Positions 37,147 through 46,260 of a stretch of DNA of 64,000 bases are shown piece by piece. Position 1 is the stretch's first letter. Each line of letters starts with the position of its first letter. Location: contig JAAOYJ010000003.1 in assembly GCA_018221285.1 (NCBI GenBank), positions 87,030 to 151,029 of the forward strand, read 5' to 3'. The position numbers were made by a program, and so were the translations under genes. The notes beneath the pieces were generated by a model. That model saw nothing but the letters and a program-made list of their open reading frames with translations. It ran no database searches and had not been told where the DNA came from. The stretch is from Candidatus Pacearchaeota archaeon. Its GTDB lineage: Archaea > Nanobdellota > Nanobdellia > Pacearchaeales > GW2011-AR1.

Positions 37147-38253
37147 ATGAAAAAGATATTATTTATTTCCCCTCTGCCACCACCCAATTACGGAAGTGCG
37201 GTTTCAAGTAAAATGTGTTTAGAAATTTTAAGGAAAGATCCCCTTTTTGAAGTTCATAATATAAAAATTAATTTTGCAGAAGAATTTTCTGACATAGGCA
37301 AGATTACTTTTTCAAAATTATGGGGGGTGCAAAGAATAAAAAATGAAATAAAGGACTATTTCAAAAAAGAAACACCTGATTTAGTATATATTGTTCCAGC
37401 AACCTATGGATTGGGACTAATACGAGAATATTTAATTGTAAACCAAATAAAAAGATTTTGGAATAAAAAAATAGTTTTTCATGTAAGAAGTAGAATAACC
37501 GAATCAAATAAAAACAATAAAATGCAACGCACTTTTTATAAAAAAATATTTCCTAACCAAAAAATAATTGTATTAGACGAATCATTAAAGAAAGATTTTA
37601 GCTGGCTAACCTCCAAAGAAAATATTTTCGTTTTACCGAATGCAATAAAAAATGAAATCTCTAACGAGGACGCGAAAAAAATAATTAAAGAGAGAAAGAA
37701 AAGGGATAGGTTTAATTTGTTGTTTTTATCCAATATGGAAGAATCAAAAGGGTGGTTTAAGTTGCTTAAAGCATGTAAATTGTTACACGAAAAAAAGATA
37801 GATTTTAAATGTAATTTTGTAGGTTCTTGGCCAAGTAAAAAAGAGAAATTAAAATTTGAGAAATATGTTTCGTCAAATAATTTAATAAATCACGTAAGAT
37901 ATTTGGGAAAAAAGGAAGCAAAAGAAAAAATAAAGATTTTTGAGCAATCAGATATTTTAGTATACCCCACTGAATTGGATACTTTCGGAAAAGTAATAAT
38001 TGAGGCCATGATGGTTGGTCTGCCGGTTATAGCGAATGGAATTGCGGCAATACCTACAACCGTGCAAGACAAAAAAACAGGATTTATTCTAAATGAAAAT
38101 TCTCCTGAAGAAATCGCAGAAAAAATAATTAAATTAAAAGACAAAAATTTAAGGAATAAAATGGGTCTTGAGGGCAGAAAAAGATTTTTAGAATATTATG
38201 AACAAGAAAGCTATGCGAAAAAATTCACCAAATTAATAAAAAATCTAATGTGA
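37147..38253 (+). CDS. GT4-family (GT-B) glycosyltransferase
   Basis: C-terminal DTFGKVIIEAMMVGLPVIA and KKTGFIL motif. Confidence 0.8.
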   Translation: MKKILFISPLPPPNYGSAVSSKMCLEILRKDPLFEVHNIKINFAEEFSDIGKITFSKLWGVQRIKNEIKDYFKKETPDLVYIVPATYGLGLIREYLIVNQIKRFWNKKIVFHVRSRITESNKNNKMQRTFYKKIFPNQKIIVLDESLKKDFSWLTSKENIFVLPNAIKNEISNEDAKKIIKERKKRDRFNLLFLSNMEESKGWFKLLKACKLLHEKKIDFKCNFVGSWPSKKEKLKFEKYVSSNNLINHVRYLGKKEAKEKIKIFEQSDILVYPTELDTFGKVIIEAMMVGLPVIANGIAAIPTTVQDKKTGFILNENSPEEIAEKIIKLKDKNLRNKMGLEGRKRFLEYYEQESYAKKFTKLIKNLM

Positions 38254-38315
38254 TACAAGAATTATAGAATTTTTACAACCCAAATTTTTTTAAAGGAACT
38301 ATTATGTAAGAGATT

Positions 38316-39599
38316 ATGATATTGTATTTTGATAATTTAATTACAAACATCCCCTTAAATCCGGGAGTGTACACGAAACTAGATTCGGTTAGAGATTCTT
38401 GTAAGGCATACTCCAATAAAGATAGATATGACGTAACACTCTATACTTTGGCAAGTTATGCTGAAATTGATTGGGATGAAGTTGTTATTGTTTACGAATT
38501 TGGAGAAGATATGATTGAGAAAAAGGAAGAGTTTGAAAGATTTGTTAAGGATTTTTGGCCAAATGCACACATCTTTTACGGAAGAAGTGATAATCAGAAA
38601 AAATTTCAAAAAAGAATGAATTTCATAAATAAGCTGAATGGAGAATGGGTTTTTTATGCAGGAAATAATGATCATCCTTTTGTAGCTCCGAACAAAAAAA
38701 TTTTAAATTCTTGTTTGGATAAAGCAAAACAATTGTCTAAAAAACACAAATTCATATCAGTTGTTTATTGTCATTTCTGGGAAGCTTATCATACCTCAAA
38801 AAAAGGGTCTGCCTATAGAGAGTATATGGCGCTTAAACCAAAAATCCTCGAAGAAACTCCTGAATACTTTGTGGATTTTTTTTATGAAATTTATGGAGAC
38901 ACAATTCAAATATTCAACAAAAAAATGATAAATTATATGGTCTTCTCTGAAGATTTAGGGGAAGGCAAATTTAGAAAAATTGAAGAAATGACATGGCATG
39001 ATAAAATGAAAAGAAAGAGGGTGGATCAGATTGCAGTAGTTCCTAAAGAGGTTATTTGTGATCATTTTGATGGTTATGGCCACACCGTAAATTCGGCTTT
39101 TCCAGTTCCAGTCGAGTATTTCCCTCCACTCTTTATTCCAAAAGGATTTTTCGAGAATAACATAAAAATTCGCTATGGTTATAAGGATTACAAAGAAGGG
39201 TGGGTTAACATCAACCCCCTAATAGAAAAATATAGTTTTGAAGACGAAAAGGGAACAGATATGAAAATTTCAATTGATGAAATCCCTTTATTCTGGAAGA
39301 AAAGAATTTCAAAAATAGACATAAACCCAAATTTAAATAAGGAAGTTGTTGAAGAGAGGGTAAGGGCGATAAAAAAATTAATGAGAAATTCTCCAGAGCC
39401 GATAAAAAATCAAAGCTTTTTATTCCGTATTAAATTTAAAATTGTTGCTGGAAATTATGTACCTTATTTTATTAAAGCGAGCTTAAGAAAAAATAATCTC
39501 ATTAAAAAATTTCGGAGAAATTTTTATATGGAGGTACATAAGAAATTTAAAAGTACGCTCTATCTACGTAAGGATTTAGTTATTAATAAGTCGTTTTAA
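38316..39599 (+). CDS. hypothetical protein (orphan, 427 aa) within the glycan cluster
   Basis: Long ATG-initiated ORF, co-directional with the flanking glycan genes. No motif recognised. Confidence 0.5.
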   Translation: MILYFDNLITNIPLNPGVYTKLDSVRDSCKAYSNKDRYDVTLYTLASYAEIDWDEVVIVYEFGEDMIEKKEEFERFVKDFWPNAHIFYGRSDNQKKFQKRMNFINKLNGEWVFYAGNNDHPFVAPNKKILNSCLDKAKQLSKKHKFISVVYCHFWEAYHTSKKGSAYREYMALKPKILEETPEYFVDFFYEIYGDTIQIFNKKMINYMVFSEDLGEGKFRKIEEMTWHDKMKRKRVDQIAVVPKEVICDHFDGYGHTVNSAFPVPVEYFPPLFIPKGFFENNIKIRYGYKDYKEGWVNINPLIEKYSFEDEKGTDMKISIDEIPLFWKKRISKIDINPNLNKEVVEERVRAIKKLMRNSPEPIKNQSFLFRIKFKIVAGNYVPYFIKASLRKNNLIKKFRRNFYMEVHKKFKSTLYLRKDLVINKSF

Positions 39600-39751
39600 T
39601 CTTTTATGAAGAATAAAACCATAAAATCTCTACTTATAAAAAACACATTCTACATTAGGATTGGTGGAATTGGGCCAGAGTTACGAAGCAACAAGAATAA
39701 TTCTCCCACTACAACCTAAATCTTTTTAAATAAGAATCCTAACTAAAACTT

Positions 39752-40492
39752 ATGAAGGCCGCAAAAAACCCTTACTTTTTAGAAGATAAAACCATGTTAA
39801 TCACTGGCTCATCCAGGGGAATCGGGGCTGCAACCGCAAGATTGGCAAAACAGTATGGTGCTGAAGTTATTCTTCATGGCAGAACAGAATCAGAGCCACT
39901 TAAATTATTGGCTAAAGAATTAGATTCAAAATATATTTTTTGTGATGCTGCTGATGAAAAAGCTGTTAAAAAAGCTGTAGGAAACTTAGAAGTGGAGGTG
40001 TTAGTAAATAATGCGGGAATAAATCCTTCCAAAACCTTTATGGATTTAACAGGAGAGGATTGGAAAAGAATATATGATGTTAATGTTTTTGGACCAGTAT
40101 ATTTTTCACAAGCAGTTATCCCTAGAATGTTAGAAAGAGGGCAAGGAAAAATAATAAATATTTCTTCTGCCAAAAGTCACAACCATGTTAGAGGTAAGCC
40201 AGCATACGCTTCTGCTAAGGCTGCTTTAAACAGACTTACTACAAGCATGGCTGAAGAATTTGCACCCCATATTTTAGTTAATGCTGTTGCGCCAGGGTTT
40301 GCTGACACAGAGATGGTTGAGAAAACACTTTCACCAGTAATTAGGGCCCAAATAGATAATATCCCTCTTAAAAGAATGGCCAGTGCAGATGAAATGGCTG
40401 AAACAGTGTTATTTTTAGCAAGCGATAAAGCTAATTACATTACAGGCCATGTTCTTTCTGTTGACGGAGGATTTAGTATTGTTAGCGGTTAA
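39752..40492 (+). CDS. classical short-chain dehydrogenase/reductase (FabG-like)
   Basis: TGSSRGIGAATA, NNAGI, S...YASAKAAL catalytic triad spacing. Confidence 0.88.
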   Translation: MKAAKNPYFLEDKTMLITGSSRGIGAATARLAKQYGAEVILHGRTESEPLKLLAKELDSKYIFCDAADEKAVKKAVGNLEVEVLVNNAGINPSKTFMDLTGEDWKRIYDVNVFGPVYFSQAVIPRMLERGQGKIINISSAKSHNHVRGKPAYASAKAALNRLTTSMAEEFAPHILVNAVAPGFADTEMVEKTLSPVIRAQIDNIPLKRMASADEMAETVLFLASDKANYITGHVLSVDGGFSIVSG

Positions 40493-40536
40493 ATAAAAAT
40501 AGATAACTATTTTAAGAATAATTTTAGATACATATT

Positions 40537-41205
40537 ATGATAAAACTTGTAATATTCGATTTAGATGATTGTTTACTTGATACCTGGGCCTCTTTTTCAA
40601 TAACAATTAGGGCGGCAATTAATGCAATGGTTGATGCAGGATTGAAAATTCATTCTTTTGACGAAGCTGTGAATAGATTGGAAGAAATTAATAATAAATC
40701 CAAAAATTGTCCAGAGGCAATAACAAGATATCTAAATGAAATCGGTGCCGATGCTATAAAATATATGGAAGTTGGTAAAAGGGCAATTTATGATTTTAAT
40801 TTTGATAATCGGATAAAGCCCAATTCTGGAGTTGTTGAAATGTTGGAAAAATTATATCCTTTGAATATTGATTTAGCGATTGTGACAAGAGGAGGGAAAG
40901 AAAGACAAATGAAAAGGATGGAAATAGCAGGAATAGATAAAACTAAATTCAAAATAATCTCTGCAGTCGCAAATTATGATAAAACAGAATCTTATCAAAG
41001 GATTATGGAAGAATTGGGCCATTCAGCCGAGAATACATTAGTTGTGGGGGATAGATATGAAACAGATTTAATTCCTGGAAAAAAATTAGGAACAAAAGTT
41101 GCTTGGGTTCCCAAAGGAAGGGGAAATATAAATCCTCCAAAAAAAGAAGATGTGGATTATGTAATCGAAGATTTTAGAGAAATTTTAGAGATAGTTGAAG
41201 ATTAA
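40537..41205 (+). CDS. HAD-superfamily phosphatase (capped subfamily I-like)
   Basis: Motif I VIFDLDDCLLDT, motif II VTRG, motif IV VGDRYETD. Confidence 0.75.
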   Translation: MIKLVIFDLDDCLLDTWASFSITIRAAINAMVDAGLKIHSFDEAVNRLEEINNKSKNCPEAITRYLNEIGADAIKYMEVGKRAIYDFNFDNRIKPNSGVVEMLEKLYPLNIDLAIVTRGGKERQMKRMEIAGIDKTKFKIISAVANYDKTESYQRIMEELGHSAENTLVVGDRYETDLIPGKKLGTKVAWVPKGRGNINPPKKEDVDYVIEDFREILEIVED

Positions 41206-41214
41206 TAAATTTTA

Positions 41215-41916
41215 TCAATCTCCTTGAGAACCTTCTCCATCAAAATAATTCTTTTGAGCATGTTCATACGAATTCGGGGTTCCAGTATCAAACCATGTAA
41301 ATGTTTTTGATTTTAATCCAATTTCTTTTAATTTTTGAATTCCATTTGAAACCTGTATCTCTCCATCAATAACTTCTTTGTTCTCTTCTAAAGCATTCCA
41401 AAAAGATTCATAATCATAAACCCCAATCAACCCAATATAAGCATGTTTATTGGCTGTTTGGACCTTGTCATCTATCCTTATAACATCCCCCCCCTCAATT
41501 TTAGCAGAGCAAAACCTTGAAGTATCTTCGACTTCGGCAACACCTAACCAATTTGAATCTGGCTCAGGAATTTTCTCTCTGACTAATGTATCTCCTGCAA
41601 TGTGTATAAAAGGACATTCTAAATGTGGTTTACAACAATAAAGAGAGTATCCTGGACCAGAACCTTCTCCTTGAAAAGGCTCCACTTCGACAAAAGTTAA
41701 TTTTCTATTAGGGTATGAAGTTTCCAAGTATTTTATTAAAGATTCTTTTTTATATCCTACCGCAATTACAATCTCAACATCCTCAGGAAAGTATTCTATA
41801 ATGTGACAGATTGTTGGCTTTCCTTGGATTGGAATTAAAACTTTATTGAGATGTTCGCTAAACCCTCCCATTCTACTTCCAACACCTGCAGCAAGAATCG
41901 CAACCTTATATCTCAT
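41215..41916 (-). CDS. sugar-phosphate nucleotidyltransferase (stand-alone)
   Basis: VAILAAGVGSRMGG signature. Paralogous over its whole length to the N-terminal half of 42336-43946. ATG at 41916 avoids overlap with the upstream ORF. Confidence 0.75.
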   Translation of the reverse strand: MRYKVAILAAGVGSRMGGFSEHLNKVLIPIQGKPTICHIIEYFPEDVEIVIAVGYKKESLIKYLETSYPNRKLTFVEVEPFQGEGSGPGYSLYCCKPHLECPFIHIAGDTLVREKIPEPDSNWLGVAEVEDTSRFCSAKIEGGDVIRIDDKVQTANKHAYIGLIGVYDYESFWNALEENKEVIDGEIQVSNGIQKLKEIGLKSKTFTWFDTGTPNSYEHAQKNYFDGEGSQGD

Positions 41917-41924
41917 ATAATTGA

Positions 41925-42242
41925 TTAACCCCCTTCTTTTAAAAACCTTCTCTTCCAATCAAGAATTGTTTTTCTTGAAACTTTTATATTATAATTTTGA
42001 CTGATGTTATAAGTAATCTGGCTTAAACTGTAGCCTTTTTCAAATAACCTAAGAGCGGTTTTGATAACTAATGGAGGATGTCTAAATTTTTTAAAGCCAT
42101 CATCAAGAGTAAAACGCCTACAACATTTTTTACATAAATAGATTTGTTTCAAGGTGGTTTTGTTTTTTCTCAATTGAATTGGCTTAAAATCCTTGCTTGA
42201 GCAATGTATACATTTGATTTTAATTTCATTATCAATGAGCAT
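41925..42242 (-). CDS. zinc-ribbon + HTH protein (IS1 InsA-like fold), probable DNA-binding regulator
   Basis: CIHCSS...CKKCCRRF zinc ribbon, followed by the HTH-like ALRLFEKGYSLSQITYNISQNYNIKVSRKTILDW. Confidence 0.5.
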   Translation of the reverse strand: MLIDNEIKIKCIHCSSKDFKPIQLRKNKTTLKQIYLCKKCCRRFTLDDGFKKFRHPPLVIKTALRLFEKGYSLSQITYNISQNYNIKVSRKTILDWKRRFLKEGG

Positions 42243-42335
42243 TAAGATACCACAAACTAAACTTATATAAAATTATCGATAATTAAACAGCAGATTTATA
42301 TAGAATACATGATTTTACTTAAATTAAGGTGAAAA

Positions 42336-43946
42336 ATGGAATTTAAGGCGTGTATTCTTGCTGCAGGAAAAAATGATAGATTAAAATTTGCTGAAGATTT
42401 CCCTGTTGCTATCCTCCCTATTGGAACTGCTTCTTCTATAACCAAAATAATTGAAAAATTCCCATTAAATATAGAGATTGTTATGGCGGTGGGTTATAAG
42501 AGCAGACTTATAAAAGATTTTATTAAAATTGCACATGCAAACAGAAAGATTACTTTTGTTGATATTGGGGATTATTCTACAGCAGGTTCAGGCCCTGGAA
42601 AGTCCCTTCTTTTATGTAAGGATCATTTAAAATGTCCTTTTATCTTTACGTCTGCAGATACAATTGTTTCTGGTCCTGTCCCAGAACCATCAAAAAATTG
42701 GTTAGGAGTATCACATGTTTCTGACACTACAAATTATTGTATGGCTGATGTTGAAAACAATTATGTAGTAAAGTTCCATGATAAAGTTCCAATGACAACT
42801 TTAATTCAAACATGTAAAAACTATAATACTATTCTTAATAACGCTTTTATTGGAATGGCAGGAATTTATGATTATAAGATTTTTTTGGATACTTTAGAAA
42901 GTAATCCTGATTTAATCGAAAAGGAATTACAGGTATCAAATGGATTGTCAGGATTAATCGAGAGAAAAATAGAAGTACTTCCTTTTTTTAATTGGTTTGA
43001 TATAGGAACTGAAGCAGGGTATGGCTTAGCAAACCGTTTTTTCAATAAGAACCATATAATTGATAAACCAGACGAATTTATTTATTTTGAAAATGGAAAA
43101 GTAATTAAGTATTTTAGGAATCCAAAAATTATTCGTGAAAGAATTCTAAGGTCTCAAAAGCTTGAAGGGATTGTTCCACCTATAGTTGATATTACTGAAA
43201 ATTTTTATTCTTATAATTTCATCAAAGGCAAGATTTTGCCCAAAATAAATGATGTTGCTGTTTTTAAGGAACTCCTAAACTCTTGCAAAGAAGTAATCTG
43301 GAGGGAAAAAAGTTTAGGCCAAGAAAAAGAAAAATTTAAAGAGCTGTGTAAAAAATTTTACAAAGACAAAACTCTTAAAAGGGTGGGGATGTTTTTTTCA
43401 AAGAGTGGGATAAAAGACAAGGAAGAAATTATCAATGGAGAAAAAACAATGAAAGTTGGAGAAATGCTTTCTTTAATTGATTGGGACAAACTCTCAGAAG
43501 GTATTCCAGTAAACTTTCATGGAGATTTTCAACCAGAAAATATTCTTATCTGTGATAAAGGATTTCAATTAATAGATTGGAGACATAACTTTGCAGGGAA
43601 TATCGACTATGGAGATGTTTACTATGACTTTGCAAAATTACACCATGCTTTAATTGTTACCCATGAGGTGATTAGAAACAATCAATTTGAAATAAAGATT
43701 AATAATGATGTCATAAATTACGATTTTTTTATTAAAAGCAACTTAGCAGAATATAAAGAGATTTTTGAAAGGTTCATAGTCGAAAAAGGTTATGATCTTG
43801 ATAAACTAAAAATCTTAAGTGCCCTGACTTTTTTAAATATTGCAGCACTCCATCACACTCCTTATGATAATTTTCTTTATTATCTTGGAAAACATAAGCT
43901 GTTTAATGAACTCGAGAACAATAATACTTATAAATTAAAAAGATGA
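42336..43946 (+). CDS. fusion protein: nucleotidyltransferase-like N-domain + APH/choline-kinase-like phosphotransferase C-domain
   Basis: N-half aligns with 41215-41916, but the signature is AAGKNDRL instead of GxGSR. C-half has the kinase catalytic loop VNFHGDFQPENILI and LIDWRH. Confidence 0.75.
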   Translation: MEFKACILAAGKNDRLKFAEDFPVAILPIGTASSITKIIEKFPLNIEIVMAVGYKSRLIKDFIKIAHANRKITFVDIGDYSTAGSGPGKSLLLCKDHLKCPFIFTSADTIVSGPVPEPSKNWLGVSHVSDTTNYCMADVENNYVVKFHDKVPMTTLIQTCKNYNTILNNAFIGMAGIYDYKIFLDTLESNPDLIEKELQVSNGLSGLIERKIEVLPFFNWFDIGTEAGYGLANRFFNKNHIIDKPDEFIYFENGKVIKYFRNPKIIRERILRSQKLEGIVPPIVDITENFYSYNFIKGKILPKINDVAVFKELLNSCKEVIWREKSLGQEKEKFKELCKKFYKDKTLKRVGMFFSKSGIKDKEEIINGEKTMKVGEMLSLIDWDKLSEGIPVNFHGDFQPENILICDKGFQLIDWRHNFAGNIDYGDVYYDFAKLHHALIVTHEVIRNNQFEIKINNDVINYDFFIKSNLAEYKEIFERFIVEKGYDLDKLKILSALTFLNIAALHHTPYDNFLYYLGKHKLFNELENNNTYKLKR

Positions 43947-43961
43947 AGAAACTATATTAAA

Positions 43962-44756
43962 ATGACAACAAATCTGATAGACAAAACAGATAGATACATT
44001 TTTGAAAAAATAAAAAGAACGGAAAATTTTAGAGGAAAGAATGAAATGGCTTCTAAATTGTCAACAACTTTTGTTCATGAAGGGAATATTAATTTATATC
44101 TACAAGTAGCTGGTTCGGAGATTCATAAGAGAATTAAGACAGGAGATGGTTTTATAATCGCTCCAGGTACAACTTATCGTATTGATAGTTCTGGAGGGCT
44201 TGTGGCATACACTGTTTCATCCGAAGTTCAACCTGGTTCGCCCATAATTGAAATTATGGAAACTGGAAATAATCGGAAGGAAATTGAATTAGGGGGTTAC
44301 AGAATCATAGAAGATCCAAAGAGAGTTGATAAACCATGGGGACATGAGTTGTGGATTTCTTGGTTTAGAGATCATCATGTTATGAAACAAATAGGGATGA
44401 AGCCTGAAAAACAATCTAGTCTCCAATTCCATAGAGAAAAACTTGAAACAAATTATTTACATGAAGGATCGGCCGAAGTAATTGATGGCTACAAGTTAGA
44501 CTCTCAAGCCTCAGAAGAAGAGGTTCAAAAATCATCAAAAGGGGTTGATTTTAATAAATATAAACAAAGTATGGGCCCAGGAGATTTTTGGACATCTCAT
44601 CCTGGAGTAGTCCATAGAGTTATTTCAGGACCTAAGGGATATTTGGCATATGAAGTTTCTACCTCAGAACTTGACGATGTTATAAGATTACAAGACGATT
44701 CTGGAAGAGGATCTGGAAGAATAAATTCTGAACATTTAAAGGAGGAAGAAAAATGA
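43962..44756 (+). CDS. cupin-domain protein, type II phosphomannose-isomerase-like
   Basis: DKPWGHELWI motif followed by beta-rich QFHREK...HRV cupin His ligands. Confidence 0.6.
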   Translation: MTTNLIDKTDRYIFEKIKRTENFRGKNEMASKLSTTFVHEGNINLYLQVAGSEIHKRIKTGDGFIIAPGTTYRIDSSGGLVAYTVSSEVQPGSPIIEIMETGNNRKEIELGGYRIIEDPKRVDKPWGHELWISWFRDHHVMKQIGMKPEKQSSLQFHREKLETNYLHEGSAEVIDGYKLDSQASEEEVQKSSKGVDFNKYKQSMGPGDFWTSHPGVVHRVISGPKGYLAYEVSTSELDDVIRLQDDSGRGSGRINSEHLKEEEK

Positions 44757-45418
44757 AGCGCGGTGAAACAAGAGATCTAGTTGAACTTTATCTTAATGAG
44801 CAGATAGAAGTGAATAAACAAATCTCTAGAGATAAAATTGTTAAGATTGCTGATTTGACATGGGAAACTTATTTAGGAAATGGAAGCGTCTTTGTTTTCG
44901 CAAATGGGGGTGGAGGAGCTTATGCAGGAAATCTTGCTTGCGATTTTGCGAACCATCCTTTTGTATCAGATGATAAATCTAGGCCAATGGACCTGGGTGT
45001 TAGAAGATTAAAAGCCTTTGATTTAACTACTTCTGCAGAAAATATGACCGGAATAATGAATGATCTTGGGCCAGATTATATTTTTTCTCAACAATTATTA
45101 AACGCAGGAGTTCGTCAAGGAGATTTAGTTTATGGGTTTTCTGGAAGTGGAAATTCTCCAAATGTATTGGAAGCATTTAAAGTAGCAAGGGAGAATGGGG
45201 CCAAAACGATTTCAATGACCAGGGGTGATGGGGGAAAAGTTAAGGCTTTATCAGATATTTGTCTAGTTGTTCCAGGAACTTCAAAATTCCCTGGGCAGAT
45301 AGGAGGCAATGACAATAATATGCATTTTGAAGACGCATGTTCATATGTGACCCACATAGTCACGGGAATCCTGAGAAAAAGAGTGAATGATACATACGCA
45401 CTAGAAAATGATAAATAA
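44753..45418 (+). CDS. gmhA: SIS-domain sedoheptulose-7-phosphate isomerase (GmhA-like)
   Basis: VFANGGGGAYAGNLACDF and GFSGSGNSPNVLEAFKVARENGAKTISMT match the GmhA motifs. ATGA overlap with the upstream gene. Confidence 0.72.
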   Translation: MKRGETRDLVELYLNEQIEVNKQISRDKIVKIADLTWETYLGNGSVFVFANGGGGAYAGNLACDFANHPFVSDDKSRPMDLGVRRLKAFDLTTSAENMTGIMNDLGPDYIFSQQLLNAGVRQGDLVYGFSGSGNSPNVLEAFKVARENGAKTISMTRGDGGKVKALSDICLVVPGTSKFPGQIGGNDNNMHFEDACSYVTHIVTGILRKRVNDTYALENDK

Positions 45419-45441
45419 ATACCTTGTTGAAAAATTATAAA

Positions 45442-46260
45442 ATGAAAACATATCTCGAAAAACAAGCCAATGAAATAAGAAGAAGAACAATTACCTCAAT
45501 ATATGATGCTCAATCAGGACATCCAGGACCTTCTTTTTCTTGGGCAGATATTGCATCAACACTTTTTTTTGAAGTAATGAATCTTGATGGTCCAGAAAGA
45601 GATAGGTTTATTTTATCAAAAGGTCACGGAGTTCCCACACTCTATGCCGCACTTTCTTTAAGAGGAGACTTGCCTGAAGAATATCTTAGAACATTAAGAG
45701 AGATTGATAGTCCTTTACAAGGGCACCCAGTAAAAGGAACCTTAGATTTAGTAGACGCAACCACCGGATCCTTAGGACAGGGTTTATCTGTAGGTCTTGG
45801 ATATGACTTAACGAATAAACTAAAAGGAAATGGCGCTAATGTTTATGTTGTTTTAGGAGATGGAGAATGTCAAGAAGGACAAGTTTGGGAGGCTGCAATG
45901 TCTGCATCAAAATTTGCAAGAGAAGGAAGATCATCAGGACTTATTGCCACAATTGATGCTAATGGATATCAATGTGAAAAGATCAGCGAAGTAATGCCTT
46001 CTTTAGAACCCCTTGGAGATAAATGGAGGAGTTTCGGGTGGGATGTGCAGGAAGTGGATGGGCACAATATTAACGCTCTTTTAGGAGCATATGAAAATGC
46101 CAAAAAGCAAAAATCAAAACCCTCAATGATTATTGCAAGAACAATAAAAGGTAAAGGATTTTCTTTAATGGAGCAAGAACCTCTGAATTGGCATTTTAGG
46201 GTTTTAACAGAAGGGGAACATGCCCAAGCAATGAAGGAGCTAGGAGGTTCAAATGTCTAA
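45442..46260 (+). CDS. transketolase, N-terminal (TPP-binding) subunit
   Basis: GHPGPSFSWADI, ILSKGHG, GSLGQGLS, GDGECQEG. ATG at 45442 (the ORF-track start 45424 is TTG). Confidence 0.88.
   Translation: MKTYLEKQANEIRRRTITSIYDAQSGHPGPSFSWADIASTLFFEVMNLDGPERDRFILSKGHGVPTLYAALSLRGDLPEEYLRTLREIDSPLQGHPVKGTLDLVDATTGSLGQGLSVGLGYDLTNKLKGNGANVYVVLGDGECQEGQVWEAAMSASKFAREGRSSGLIATIDANGYQCEKISEVMPSLEPLGDKWRSFGWDVQEVDGHNINALLGAYENAKKQKSKPSMIIARTIKGKGFSLMEQEPLNWHFRVLTEGEHAQAMKELGGSNV

Noticed and set aside
39600-39751. A 37-codon ORF (MKNKTIKSLLIKNTFYIRIGGIGPELRSNKNNSPTTT) and a slightly GC-richer patch in the gap before the SDR gene
   Set aside because: No SD sequence, no motif, no repeat or stable hairpin could be identified. 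There is insufficient evidence for a gene or an RNA.
41925-42242. An IS1-type insertion sequence suggested by the InsA-like ORF
   Set aside because: No InsB/transposase ORF, no frameshift window and no terminal inverted repeats were visible in the flanks. I treated it as a stand-alone DNA-binding protein.
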